The notes beneath the pieces are model-generated. The model was not told the origin of the DNA, searched no databases, and was given only the letters and a program-made list of their open reading frames with translations. Position numbers and translations under genes: made by a program. From Nitrosopumilus sp. (GTDB taxonomy: Archaea > Thermoproteota > Nitrososphaeria > Nitrososphaerales > Nitrosopumilaceae), in NCBI GenBank assembly GCA_965203315.1, contig OZ241857.1, forward strand, positions 1,536,001-1,600,000: DNA of 64,000 bases. Reading direction: 5' to 3'. Of this stretch, positions 52,825 through 63,604 are shown in pieces (position 1 is the stretch's first letter; each line of letters starts with the position of its first letter).

Positions 52825-53334
52825 ATGTCGTTTGGCGAAGTAGATACACTAAATATGTTATTTGATAAACTAGATAGTCTGTTCAATGAATCACAAGGTT
52901 ACTATGAGTCTTTCTTGGATGCCAACAATCTATACAAAGCAGGTAAGATGAGCGACAAGGAATTCTTTCAAAAACTGGGTGATTACACTATAGCATATTC
53001 TGCACTAGAGTTTCTTGCGATCAAGGTGATGTTTGAGATACGCAAGGCGCTAAATACTGGTTCTGCTACTACTCAATCACCTGGTCTCATGCCTGGCATG
53101 GGGAATCCATCGATGCCTAGTGGAATGACTATGCCTAGAACAGGTACTGCACAAAATCCTGTTGGCGGAGTACCTCCACAGATTATATCTGCAAATACAG
53201 AATTTACTAATGTTGGAACGCTTCCATCTCCTGATCCATCGCTTGTACAGCAGCCACAACACGGTTGTCACTCTTGTGGGGCCGAGCTTAGGCCTGGCGC
53301 AAAGTTTTGCACCAAGTGTGGAGCAAAGCTCTAG
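52825..53334 (+). CDS. Zinc-ribbon domain protein
   Basis: C-terminal CHSCG..AKFCTKCG. Confidence 0.75.
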   Translation: MSFGEVDTLNMLFDKLDSLFNESQGYYESFLDANNLYKAGKMSDKEFFQKLGDYTIAYSALEFLAIKVMFEIRKALNTGSATTQSPGLMPGMGNPSMPSGMTMPRTGTAQNPVGGVPPQIISANTEFTNVGTLPSPDPSLVQQPQHGCHSCGAELRPGAKFCTKCGAKL

Positions 53335-53690
53335 TCTTGTGTAGTACCACACTCTGAACAAAACTTTGCGGTAGATGACAAACTTGTACCACACTCTGAA
53401 CAGAATCTTCCTTCTTGCTTGGTCTCTTTGTATGGGTTTCCATACTTTGCTGTACTGAGAACTGCTCCTGATGGTTCATACTTTTCATCATCGATCAAGA
53501 CAGGCTCAAAGTCTTGTTCCGTCATAAACGTCATCATTCTTGGTACGCCTTTGCCATCGTTGTTTGGGTCTGGTACAGAGTCACCCAACCAAAATGCAAA
53601 CCGCATCAGTGTCAACTCTGGCGTAGAGAATGCTAGCGTATGCTTGGACATGTACTCTTGTGCTGCCTTTTTTCCATCAAATACTTGCAT
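53331..53690 (-). CDS. Zinc-ribbon domain protein
   Basis: Two FCSECG motifs. Confidence 0.75.
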   Translation of the reverse strand: MQVFDGKKAAQEYMSKHTLAFSTPELTLMRFAFWLGDSVPDPNNDGKGVPRMMTFMTEQDFEPVLIDDEKYEPSGAVLSTAKYGNPYKETKQEGRFCSECGTSLSSTAKFCSECGTTQD

Positions 53691-54119
53691 GACTATTGTA
53701 TAATCTAATTATGTATAATGGTTTTTGATGAGTATGATGACTCATGTAGCACAAAAATCGTCAGGTTCTGTTAGATTAGACGTGTCTGATAGATACTTGC
53801 TAGGAATACACATTTGCATTAACCATTATAAACTCCTAACTTGACTGTTCACTCGAGTTATCACTAGATCTGATTTTTACTTTTTTGTTTGCTAGAATAT
53901 GGTCACGCACGGAATTGTTTTCTTGTTTACTCCCGCATATGTGTAGTCTGAGACAGAATTTACCTTTGGCAGAACAGCTAACGACAAATTGTGATACTAC
54001 AGACTAGGAAAATTATTATGTTCGCAACTATAGAATAGAATATAATAGAATAGAATATGTGATTGTCAAGTGCTTCCTTTTTGGAGTTATGTTCGGAATT
54101 ATTAATTATAAGTTCACTC

Positions 54120-54234
54120 GAATCTCTTCGATTTACGTGGGATGGCTTTTCGCAAGGCTTTTTCAATAATTTCTCGTTATAGGATCTTGTAGTGTTTTCT
54201 GTAACTATTCATCCGACATAAACCGAAAAGATCC
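54120..54234. mobile_element. IS6-derived MITE
   Basis: GAATCTCTTCGATTTACGTGGGATGG ... TAAACCGAAAAGATCC. Confidence 0.8.
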
Positions 54235-54420
54235 ACGTCTACAAACCTTGCTATTTCTCCTTACCATTTTCTTAAAGTCTATTTCCCTGATTCTTTTTCA
54301 ACTTTATTAGAAACCACTTTTGGAATAACTATGTCATAGTGATCTGATAATTTGATGAGTCCTTTTGTACATTTTATTTCATATAGAAATGCAGTTACTA
54401 TATTTGTATCAAAAACTTTA
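54235..54420 (-). pseudogene. PIN-domain toxin remnant truncated by MITE
   Basis: Reads KVFDTNIVTAFL...IVIPKVV immediately after the upstream gene; no clear start. Confidence 0.55.
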
Positions 54421-55146
54421 AGATACTCTCTTCAACTGTTTAATAAAGTCTCCTACATATTCACCTGCTATAAGAGATGCCTTTGTTACGCTTAGTTTAT
54501 TATTATAATACATTGAAAGTGCAAGTTCTTTACGTTTTGATGTTATTCTCTCATATATGTTATGTTCAATTTTTAGTTCCGGATGTGAAAAATATACTAA
54601 TGCCCAAAGTTCATCAAGGGTTAAATCATTTAATAGATCTTTGAATTTTTCAACAGTTGTAGTCTCTTTTATGGCTAATTTTTTGAGTCTGTCATAAACT
54701 TGCAATCCTTCATTAGTAAGCTTAAACCTATCTTTTTGTTCTGAAATCAGTTTGGCTTTCACTAGATCCATGATTTTATTACTTATGATAGTACTGTCCG
54801 GCTTGTGATTAGAATAATCTAATTCATTTGCTAACTTGACAAATACTCTCTGTAGTAGATATAGCTCTAGTTGCATGTGTGTGACTGAAACAGATTCAGA
54901 GTTTTTTGCTCCCAACAACAATAGTATGAATGTTGCCACTTGAGTAAAATCCTCGTCGGTGTTACATATTAGAAAATACTCGTTTGGAAGAAAGTCAGTT
55001 GGACAAAGATTTCGAAAGCCATTTGTGGAAATCAGATCATTATGTATGCTAAATTGCTCCGTTCCTTTAAACTCGTTTGATGATAGAATAACAGAATCCT
55101 GTGATTCTGATTGATCTTGCAGTTTTAACGGTAAATATTCACTCAT
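54418..55146 (-). CDS. YwgA-like protein with C-terminal UPF0175-like antitoxin segment
   Basis: FKLTNEG, LDELWALVYFSHPE, LALSMYYNNKLSVTKASLIAG. Confidence 0.55.
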   Translation of the reverse strand: MSEYLPLKLQDQSESQDSVILSSNEFKGTEQFSIHNDLISTNGFRNLCPTDFLPNEYFLICNTDEDFTQVATFILLLLGAKNSESVSVTHMQLELYLLQRVFVKLANELDYSNHKPDSTIISNKIMDLVKAKLISEQKDRFKLTNEGLQVYDRLKKLAIKETTTVEKFKDLLNDLTLDELWALVYFSHPELKIEHNIYERITSKRKELALSMYYNNKLSVTKASLIAGEYVGDFIKQLKRVS

Positions 55147-55178
55147 AATGTGATTGGGTAATCGACTTATTAAAATTT

Positions 55179-55532
55179 GGCGATTATCTACCTGCTACTA
55201 ACAGATACTGAGCTATCAAATCAGCCAGAATACAATCTCGGTTAATGTGTCGTCACTCCATCTCACGGATATAGTGGAAACTTTGAACTCACGCTATGCT
55301 ACTTTGTCAGATACAGTTTAGCACAGCCTTGCATAGCGTAATAACTCAACTGCGTGGCATAATATTCATCATTCTTGCAAAACTTGCAAGGTCATTCTTT
55401 TAAAATAACACGATTCCAGATGCTTGATTATGATTAATTAATCATTATTCACATCCATCAAGATTTCATATGTGATGTTACATACTATACAAATTACTAT
55501 ATGACTATTCTAGAGGCAGATCGCTAATTACC
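55179..55532 (-). mobile_element. Decayed IS1595 derivative (inverted relative of 21999-22577)
   Basis: Degenerate TIRs and internal similarity. Confidence 0.7.
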
Positions 55533-56099
55533 TTCATTTTTTATCAGGTTTAGTCCTTTAAGCAAGTCTATCCCATGTTCTACATCTTTATCTTCTAATT
55601 CCTAATGAAGTTCAATTCTTCTTTCTCTAATATCATCAATAGTCATTTTTTCATGTCCTGACTCATTTAAGATATAATGAGTCTTTGTAGCATACGATAG
55701 TGGCGTTGCTTCAAGATTGCATAATTTGTTACATGTTGTTACTAGTGATTGAATACTTTTGTACTTTTCTTTAAACTCTTTTCTCACTCTGTCTGCAATT
55801 TTCTTACCTCTACCACTCAATCTGTATTTGTATCCATCATAATCTCTTCTAGGAATTTTGCTTTCAGTCACAAAATAATATGAGACCAACTCTTCCAACA
55901 CTAGACTTACCTCAGGACTATCTGGTCCATAAAAATGAGACTTGAATCGAGATAGATCTGGGTTATGACAAGTTTGTTGCGTCAGATATGTCAACTTTTG
56001 AATTGCAGTTCGTCCAACAATCTCTTCATGGTTTAAATTTTCCTTTTACACGTCTTCAGAAATTTCAATTATTGATAACAATGTGTCATAAACGTCCAA
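55533..56099 (-). pseudogene. YwgA/SocA-like protein with two in-frame stops
   Basis: TTG 56099 ...EDV*KE..GRTAIQKLTYL..FYGPDS..YRLS..ELH*ELEDKDVEHGIDLL. Confidence 0.65.
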
Positions 56100-56205
56100 C
56101 TATTTACAACTCCGAGGTTGATATGTGAAGCATTCTGAACACTGCATAAACATCTTCATTCTCTTCATACTATACAAGGTTTGGATATATATGCCTGACG
56201 TGATT

Positions 56206-56312
56206 GTGTCTTTAATTTACATTGGGTGATATTTCACAAGACTTGTCTAGAATATCTCAAGTCTTGGAACACTTTTTCTACACTATCCTATCCGTGTAAA
56301 TTGAAGAGATCT
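56206..56312. mobile_element. Degenerate IS6-derived MITE
   Basis: TCTTTAATTTACA ... TGTAAATTGAAGAGATCT. Confidence 0.55.
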
Positions 56313-56574
56313 GATGCGAGCAGTTATTGACTCTAGTTACTAGAGTAGAATAAAATTCACTCTAGCATCGGTAACCCATCACTATTCTGGTTCATCTACA
56401 TTGTCAAAAGTTGAGGATGCAATCATGTCTAAAAACGCATATTGTAAATCATACTATCGAGTCATTTACGTTAGCGAGAGCAACAGACATCTCGATAAAT
56501 TTTTCAAGAATTTAGGTTTTCATAGAATGTAAAGAACCTAAACTAATAAATTGAATGAGACTTTGATTGCTTCT

Positions 56575-57195
56575 ATGGGAAAATATACTCTTCCAGAGAT
56601 GCCATATGCTTATGATGCGCTAGAACCTCACATTGATGCTAAAACGATGGAGATTCATCATACAAAGCATCATCAAACATACACCGACAAACTAAATGCA
56701 GCTCTAGAGACATGTCCAGATGATATTCAGAGTAGAGATATTGTTGATATCCTCTCTAACATCAACTCGATACCTGAAGACAAACAGAGTGCAGTAAACT
56801 TTAACGGTGGTGGATTTGACAACCATAGACTATTCTGGAACAACATGAAACCTAATGGTGGTGGTGAACCAGGCGGATCTATTGCAGACGCAATCAATGA
56901 CTCGTTTGGTAGCTTTGCTGACTTTGTAACCAAGTTTTCATCAACCACAGCTGTGATTCAAGGCAGTGGTTGGGGATGGTTGGTATACAATCCAACTACA
57001 AGCAAAGTTGAGTACAAGTCGATGCCAAATCAGACCAGTCCACGAACTCTGGGTCTTGTACCTCTACTAGGCTGTGATGTTTGGGAACACGCATACTATC
57101 TAAACTACCAGAATCGTCGACCTGACTATATCAAGGCATGGTGGAATGTGATAAACTGGGACGAAGTAGAGAGACGTCTCTCACAAGCCAAATAG
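56575..57195 (+). CDS. sod: Fe/Mn superoxide dismutase
   Basis: HHTKHHQTY, NHRLFW, DVWEHAYY. Confidence 0.95.
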   Translation: MGKYTLPEMPYAYDALEPHIDAKTMEIHHTKHHQTYTDKLNAALETCPDDIQSRDIVDILSNINSIPEDKQSAVNFNGGGFDNHRLFWNNMKPNGGGEPGGSIADAINDSFGSFADFVTKFSSTTAVIQGSGWGWLVYNPTTSKVEYKSMPNQTSPRTLGLVPLLGCDVWEHAYYLNYQNRRPDYIKAWWNVINWDEVERRLSQAK

Positions 57196-57688
57196 GCTCC
57201 AATCCTCTTTTTTATACTTTAATTTGTATCATGTATGGGTGATGTAAGTTCGTTATCGATATTCATTATTGATGATGGATTAAGACTAGCACCTCAAATA
57301 TTGATACGTTCTCGTAATTCTATGAGACATGATTTGGTTACTCAATCCTAGTTTGATTCTTTGTAATCTTGCGATTATCATCTCTCTAGACAGATCGTAT
57401 ATTCAGTCTGTACTTGCTAATTGGATCTAGATCAACGCTCATCACGATTATGTACCATCAATCTGATATTAACAACCATCAATTTGCTACAATATTTGTA
57501 ACATGACGTTTGAACTTGCAATCAAAGTATCACTGAATATTTTTGATGAGTGATTGTCTGAATTGTTAGTTATCTGTATCTCAACAATCACCAATCTTGT
57601 ATTTTTGGATACCTATAGATCAAAGCGATGTTTGTCAACTCTACAAAACTCTATCAGTTTATAACCTCCGAGTCTATCTGTACAACTG

Positions 57689-58111
57689 ATGAGTGACGCG
57701 GCACAACAACTCGTACAGCAGATGCAAGTACTAGAGAGGCATTTTCTTGATCTATCCAACAGTGAACAGACTAGTCTCAATTACTATCAACAGATCATCG
57801 ATACCATCGAGTCATTACGGTCATTTCTGTCTCAAGACGAGTCTGAGGCATTGATTCCTATAGGAGGTGGCGTAAGCCTTCCTGCAAAGATCGACTCTAC
57901 AAAGAAAGTTGTTCTAAATATTGGCGCAGGTGTATCTGTAGAGCGAGATATTCGTTCTACCATAAGCACTCTTGAGATACGTACAAAAGAACTAGAGGCT
58001 GGGTTGAATGAGATTGGCAAGAAGAAGAGAGATATTGCATATCATATAGAGCAAGGAAGGGCACAGCTGGATCAACTAGTTGCAGCACAGAATCCAGATC
58101 AGGGAATGTAG
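57689..58111 (+). CDS. pfdA: Prefoldin alpha subunit
   Basis: LIPIGGG, VLNIGAGVSVE, flanking coiled coils; upstream of ftsY. Confidence 0.85.
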   Translation: MSDAAQQLVQQMQVLERHFLDLSNSEQTSLNYYQQIIDTIESLRSFLSQDESEALIPIGGGVSLPAKIDSTKKVVLNIGAGVSVERDIRSTISTLEIRTKELEAGLNEIGKKKRDIAYHIEQGRAQLDQLVAAQNPDQGM

Positions 58112-58112
58112 A

Positions 58113-59387
58113 ATGTTTGAGAGGCTACGCCAAACGTTTACAAATGCAGCAAAGAGCTTTAACGAACGAGATCTAAAGGAAAAAGATATCGATACCGTTC
58201 TAGGTGATCTTGAGCTAGCTCTCATGTCGTCTGATGTTGCCTTTGAGGTTATCGATATTATAAAATCTGATCTTAAAACAAATCTTGTAGGTTCAAAGAT
58301 AGAAAAGAACAAGATTGAAGAGTTTATCCGTAACAGTCTGATTAATAGCGTATCTAAAATTCTTGATGATACAAGCAAAGTTGATCTCTTTGCTAGGATC
58401 GATATAAACAAGGCTCAAAACAGACCATTCCTGATACTGTTTGTTGGGATAAACGGCACAGGCAAGACTACCTCGTTAGCAAAGATTGCATACATGTTGC
58501 AGCAAGCAAAGTACTCTATAGTCGTCGCTGCTGCAGACACATTTCGTGCAGGCGCCATCGAGCAGCTACGCGAACATACAGATAGATTAAAACTCAAACT
58601 CGTTGCACAAAATTACAACTCTGATCCTGCAGCAGTTGCACGTGATGCTGTCTTGTATGCAAAATCTCACAAGATCGACTGTGTATTGATCGATACAGCA
58701 GGACGAATGCAGACTAGCAAGAATCTGATGGAGCAGATTGCAAAGATCAGTAAAGTTGTAAATCCAGATCTAAAGATCTTTGTTGGCGACTCACTAGCTG
58801 GAAACGACACAGTTAATCAAGCTCGCGAGTTCTTTGAACACGTACACTTTGATGCTGCAATACTAACAAAGAGTGACGCAGACGCAAAAGGAGGATCTGC
58901 ATTGTCTATTGCAAAACTTACCTCTGCTCCAGTAATATACATTGGAACCGGACAAGAGTATGATGATCTACGACCATTTGATCGAGATACATTTCTACAA
59001 AATATCTTCGAGTCGTTCGATGTTGATATACCTCCTAAACCAGATACAGAGATAGAATCAGAGTCACCTGTAGAACAAACCAGTAAACACGACGAGTCTC
59101 CGACGACAGTACTCTCAGATACACCCAATCTAGACGAGCCCAAGACCGTTTCAGATACACCATTGTCACAAGATGATCCTTTTGTTGGTATCGATGATAA
59201 AGACATTACAAGGTACTCTGATATCTTTGATGTCTCACCACCTGAAGATGATGCAGCTGCACTCGCATTGGCAGACAAGATTCGTGTATGGATAGAGAAT
59301 GGTAGACCAAACCCTGACGTACGCGAGTCTACGACAGACGAAGAAAGACCTAAGAAGAAAGGAATGTTTGGACTCTTTAAGCGATGA
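58113..59387 (+). CDS. ftsY: SRP receptor FtsY
   Basis: GINGTGKTT, DTFRAGA, DTAGR, TKSD; acidic C-terminal extension. Confidence 0.95.
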   Translation: MFERLRQTFTNAAKSFNERDLKEKDIDTVLGDLELALMSSDVAFEVIDIIKSDLKTNLVGSKIEKNKIEEFIRNSLINSVSKILDDTSKVDLFARIDINKAQNRPFLILFVGINGTGKTTSLAKIAYMLQQAKYSIVVAAADTFRAGAIEQLREHTDRLKLKLVAQNYNSDPAAVARDAVLYAKSHKIDCVLIDTAGRMQTSKNLMEQIAKISKVVNPDLKIFVGDSLAGNDTVNQAREFFEHVHFDAAILTKSDADAKGGSALSIAKLTSAPVIYIGTGQEYDDLRPFDRDTFLQNIFESFDVDIPPKPDTEIESESPVEQTSKHDESPTTVLSDTPNLDEPKTVSDTPLSQDDPFVGIDDKDITRYSDIFDVSPPEDDAAALALADKIRVWIENGRPNPDVRESTTDEERPKKKGMFGLFKR

Positions 59388-60286
59388 AACTACAGACAAG
59401 AGATCTATTGACACTGAACGAGCTATCTCGTACAGAGTTTGTTGGTATCATAGATGAAGCAATCTCGACCAAGAAGCAGCTAGACAATGCTACACAACTC
59501 CAAGGTCGCACTCTTGCAATGATCTTTCAAAAACCTTCTACTCGTACTCGAATAAGTTTCGAGACTGGAATGTATCAGCTAGGTGGTCATGCAATCAACA
59601 TCTCTATAGATGAGATGCAACTCTCTCGTGGTGAGTCGATCGAGGACACAGCTAGAACGCTATCGAGATATGTCGATTGTATAATGGCCCGCGTATACGA
59701 TCATACCATCTTGGAGAGGCTTGCTAGATATGCTGACATTCCAGTAATCAATGGACTCTCGGATATGTTTCATCCATGTCAGATACTTGCTGATTTTATG
59801 ACGATAAAGGAGAGATTTGGAAGATTTAGAGATCTCAAGATTGCATGGATCGGAGATGGTAACAACGTATGTAACTCGATGTTATACGGAGCTGCACTAT
59901 CTGGCTGTACAATGTCTGTCGCAACACCAAAAGAGTTTGAACCAAACAAGACTGTCATCGATGCTGCTTCAGAGATGACTACGATCAATCTATACACCGA
60001 TCCCGTATCTGCTGTATCTGATGCCGATGTTGTGGTTACGGATACGTTCACATCTATACACAATCGTGATCCTAATAGATTGGAGAGATTTCTACCCAAG
60101 TATCAAGTTAATGACAATCTCATGCGTCATGCAAAAGATACTGCAATCTTTATGCACTGCCTTCCTGCAAAGCGAGACCAAGAGGTTACTCTGGATATCA
60201 TTGATGGACCACAATCTGTAGTTTGGGATGAGGCAGAGAATAGACTACACGTACAAAAGACTCTACTCACATCTCTGATACACTAG
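59384..60286 (+). CDS. argF: Ornithine carbamoyltransferase
   Basis: STRT, HPCQ, HCLP. Confidence 0.95.
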   Translation: MKLQTRDLLTLNELSRTEFVGIIDEAISTKKQLDNATQLQGRTLAMIFQKPSTRTRISFETGMYQLGGHAINISIDEMQLSRGESIEDTARTLSRYVDCIMARVYDHTILERLARYADIPVINGLSDMFHPCQILADFMTIKERFGRFRDLKIAWIGDGNNVCNSMLYGAALSGCTMSVATPKEFEPNKTVIDAASEMTTINLYTDPVSAVSDADVVVTDTFTSIHNRDPNRLERFLPKYQVNDNLMRHAKDTAIFMHCLPAKRDQEVTLDIIDGPQSVVWDEAENRLHVQKTLLTSLIH

Positions 60287-60560
60287 ATTGAATTTAGACT
60301 CTGATATCACACAGCTCGAGTACAAGATGCATTTTAAAAAGATCTGACTCGTTTACACAAAGTTTTGTTGCTTTGTATTATCTGCTTTGTATTATCTATG
60401 CATAATATGTTGTTTATACAATCCAAGTAATCAAACTTGATCGTTTCGCCTCATGTTACATGTTTGTGTTTATGGTGTATCGTCAAGACGTACCTATTCT
60501 AAAATACTCACAGAAAAGCCTAGATAGAAGTTAAATCACTGTCTATTGTACAATTGATCA

Positions 60561-61385
60561 TTGAAGTTTCAATCCAAAGGCAAAGTAAAGGATCTCTATC
60601 TAGTCGATGATGACACTCTCTTGTTTCGATTCTCTGATCGTGTATCTGCATATGATGTACAATTTAACGAGACGATTCCAAAAAAAGGTAGAGTGCTGTG
60701 CAAGTTTGCCGAATTTTGGTTTGATCAACTTGATGTACCGAGCCATTTTATTCGGCGAGAGTCTGATACAGAGATTCTTGTGAAGCGTATGAATATGATT
60801 CCCTTGGAGTGTATAGTGCGTGGTTACTTTTATGGAAGTCTAGTTGATCGTTGGAAGAATGGTCAAGTTCATCTAGATCAAAACACAGATACAACACTAG
60901 CAGCAAAACTTCCTTCTGCAATCTTTGATCCTACTACCAAATCAGAACATGATATGCCACTAGATCGTAACACAGCAATCGAGATGAATATAGTTACATC
61001 AGAACAGTACTCTTGGCTTGAGGACAAATCGATCTCGATTTATAATGCAATGTCCAAGATCGTAAACACTACTGGATTTATTCTAGCTGACTTGAAACTA
61101 GAGTTTGGAATACTAGATGATCAGATAGTCCTGGGAGACTCTATAGGTCCTGATGAGTGTAGATTGTGGCCCAAGAGTTCTTTTGAGATAGGTAATATAC
61201 AAGAGGCGTTTGACAAGCAGATACTTCGTGATTGGTTGTCTGCCAACGGATATAAACAACAGTTCAAAGATGCGAGAGCCAAAGGCAACGAGCCGATACC
61301 ACCCATTATTCCAAACGATATAATCTCAAAGATGACAGATAGATACGTTCAAGCATACGAGGCGATTACCCAGAGACCTCTATGA
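60561..61385 (+). CDS. purC: SAICAR synthetase
   Basis: GKVKDLY, SDRVSAYD, DLKLEFG, DKQILR. Confidence 0.92.
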   Translation: MKFQSKGKVKDLYLVDDDTLLFRFSDRVSAYDVQFNETIPKKGRVLCKFAEFWFDQLDVPSHFIRRESDTEILVKRMNMIPLECIVRGYFYGSLVDRWKNGQVHLDQNTDTTLAAKLPSAIFDPTTKSEHDMPLDRNTAIEMNIVTSEQYSWLEDKSISIYNAMSKIVNTTGFILADLKLEFGILDDQIVLGDSIGPDECRLWPKSSFEIGNIQEAFDKQILRDWLSANGYKQQFKDARAKGNEPIPPIIPNDIISKMTDRYVQAYEAITQRPL

Positions 61386-61624
61386 TACATCTCGTTGCTA
61401 GTTCTGTCGACTAGTGTATATGATGTGATTTTTCTAAAACTTGAAATTTTGATGACTGTATAGTGGATCATAACCATAATCTGTATTCGTACAAGCCTCG
61501 AGTCATTATGACTGTGATTGAGAATCAAAGTCGAAATTTAACCGTCTTTTTCCAAAATCATCCATCCATTTGACGGAATCTCCTAATTGTTTTTATAAAC
61601 CAAATAACGAGTATCAATTGACAT

Positions 61625-63208
61625 TTGACGACAAAGAGATCAGAGAAAGAGTTCTTTACTGATTCCAACTTTGCAGTAAAGCGAATATATCAGAGATCAA
61701 AGCGAGTGAGACCTGTAGAAGACGCAGGCAAGTTTCCCTTTACTAGGGGAATTCATTCTGGAATGTATCGAGATCGGTTCTGGACCATGCGACAGTACTC
61801 TGGATTTGGAGACGCAAAGCTCACGAATGAACGATTCAAATTTATGCTAGAGAAGGGGCAGACGGGTCTCAGTATGGCATTTGATCTGCCTACCCAGATA
61901 GGATATGACTCTGACTCGAGACATGCTGAAGGTGAGGTGGGAAAGGTCGGTGTATCGATCACATCGATCAAAGACATGATGACCGCTTTTGATGGTATTC
62001 CATTGGGTGATGTCAGTACATCTATGACCATCAACTCTACGGCGTCAACTCTACTTGCGTATTATATTGCGGTAGGTGAGTCACAAGGATTCAAGAGTAA
62101 TCAACTACGAGGTACAACCCAGAACGATATTTTAAAAGAGTATATTGCAAGAAATACCTACATCTATCCACCACAACCATCGATGAGGTTGATTGGAGAT
62201 ATGATCGAGTACTGTGCAAATAACGTTCCATCATGGTATCCTGTATCGATATCAGGTTATCATATGAGGGAAGCAGGTTGTACAGCTACTCAAGAGATTG
62301 CATTCACTCTCGCAAATGCGATACAGTACATACAGACATGTTTAGACAAAGGACTAAAGATCGATGACTTTGCCCCTCGTCTCTCGTTCTTCTTTTGTTG
62401 TACTATAGAATTCTTTGAAGAGGTTGCCAAGTTTCGTGTTGCAAGAAAGATATACGCAGAGATACTCAAAGATATCTTTCATGCAAAGAATCCTCGTTCT
62501 ATGCAACTAAAGTTTCATACACAGACTAGCGGTGAGTCACTTACTGCGCAGCAGCCTGACAACAACATTGTCCGTGTTGCGATTCAGACTATGGCTGCTG
62601 TCATGGGCGGAACCCAATCATTACATACCAACTCTCGTGATGAAGCACTTGCGCTTCCTACTCAAGAGTCTGCAAAGATTGCACTTCGTACACAACAGAT
62701 TGTAGCACATGAGAGTGGAATAACAAAGAGTGTTGATCCTATGGCTGGCTCGTACTATTTAGAGGATCTATGTGACAAGATTGAGATAGATGTTCGCAAG
62801 TATCTCAAAAAGATTGAAAAGATGGGCGGTTCTGTCAAGGCGATCGAACGCGGATTCTTCCAATCTGAGATCAGACAGAATGCATATCGATTGAAACGAG
62901 AGGTAGACGATCAACGTCGAATCTTGGTAGGAGTAAACAAGTATGTTGAAGAAGAAGAGCAGCCCAAACTATTGCGCATTGATGACAAGGTGGAAAAACA
63001 ACAACATAAGGCACTCAAGAGACTACGATCTGAACGTTCTGCATCAAAGTGGGAGAAAGCACTAAATGATCTAAAGTCTGCAGCTGACACAGATTCGAAC
63101 TTGATGCCTTTTATCATCTCATCTGTCAAAGCATATGCCACAACTGGAGAGATAAGTGATACACTTCGTGAGGTCTTTGGTCAGTATCGTCCAAAGGAGG
63201 TATTTTAA
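61625..63208 (+). CDS. Methylmalonyl-CoA mutase, large subunit
   Basis: WTMRQYSGFG, AFDLPTQ, QNDILKEY, QSLHTNS. Confidence 0.93.
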   Translation: MTTKRSEKEFFTDSNFAVKRIYQRSKRVRPVEDAGKFPFTRGIHSGMYRDRFWTMRQYSGFGDAKLTNERFKFMLEKGQTGLSMAFDLPTQIGYDSDSRHAEGEVGKVGVSITSIKDMMTAFDGIPLGDVSTSMTINSTASTLLAYYIAVGESQGFKSNQLRGTTQNDILKEYIARNTYIYPPQPSMRLIGDMIEYCANNVPSWYPVSISGYHMREAGCTATQEIAFTLANAIQYIQTCLDKGLKIDDFAPRLSFFFCCTIEFFEEVAKFRVARKIYAEILKDIFHAKNPRSMQLKFHTQTSGESLTAQQPDNNIVRVAIQTMAAVMGGTQSLHTNSRDEALALPTQESAKIALRTQQIVAHESGITKSVDPMAGSYYLEDLCDKIEIDVRKYLKKIEKMGGSVKAIERGFFQSEIRQNAYRLKREVDDQRRILVGVNKYVEEEEQPKLLRIDDKVEKQQHKALKRLRSERSASKWEKALNDLKSAADTDSNLMPFIISSVKAYATTGEISDTLREVFGQYRPKEVF

Positions 63209-63604
63209 ATGAAGATCGATCATGTTGCAATAGCAGTAAATGATGTTGTAGAGTCAGCCAAAGTTTATCAAAAGGCATTAGGAGTTGAATCGGTCACATT
63301 TGAGACTGTCGAATCAGAAGGCGTCAAACTTGCGATCATTCATCTACAGAATGCACGAATAGAACTTATGCAACCCACTCGCGACTCTAGTCCAATTAAA
63401 GGATTTTTAGAGAAACGAGGTCAAGGACTACATCATATTGCTCTAGAGACTGATGATATAGAGAGTCAGGTTGAACGAATGACTGAATGTGGGATACGCT
63501 TTTTGGGCGATATTAGATCCGGCTCAGAGGGAACAAAGATCACCTTTATTCACCCAAAGTCACTAGACGGTGTCTTGGCTGAACTATGCGCACACCCCAA
63601 GTGA
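63209..63604 (+). CDS. mce: Methylmalonyl-CoA epimerase
   Basis: IDHVAIAV, GLHHIA, FIHPK..GVLAEL. Confidence 0.92.
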   Translation: MKIDHVAIAVNDVVESAKVYQKALGVESVTFETVESEGVKLAIIHLQNARIELMQPTRDSSPIKGFLEKRGQGLHHIALETDDIESQVERMTECGIRFLGDIRSGSEGTKITFIHPKSLDGVLAELCAHPK

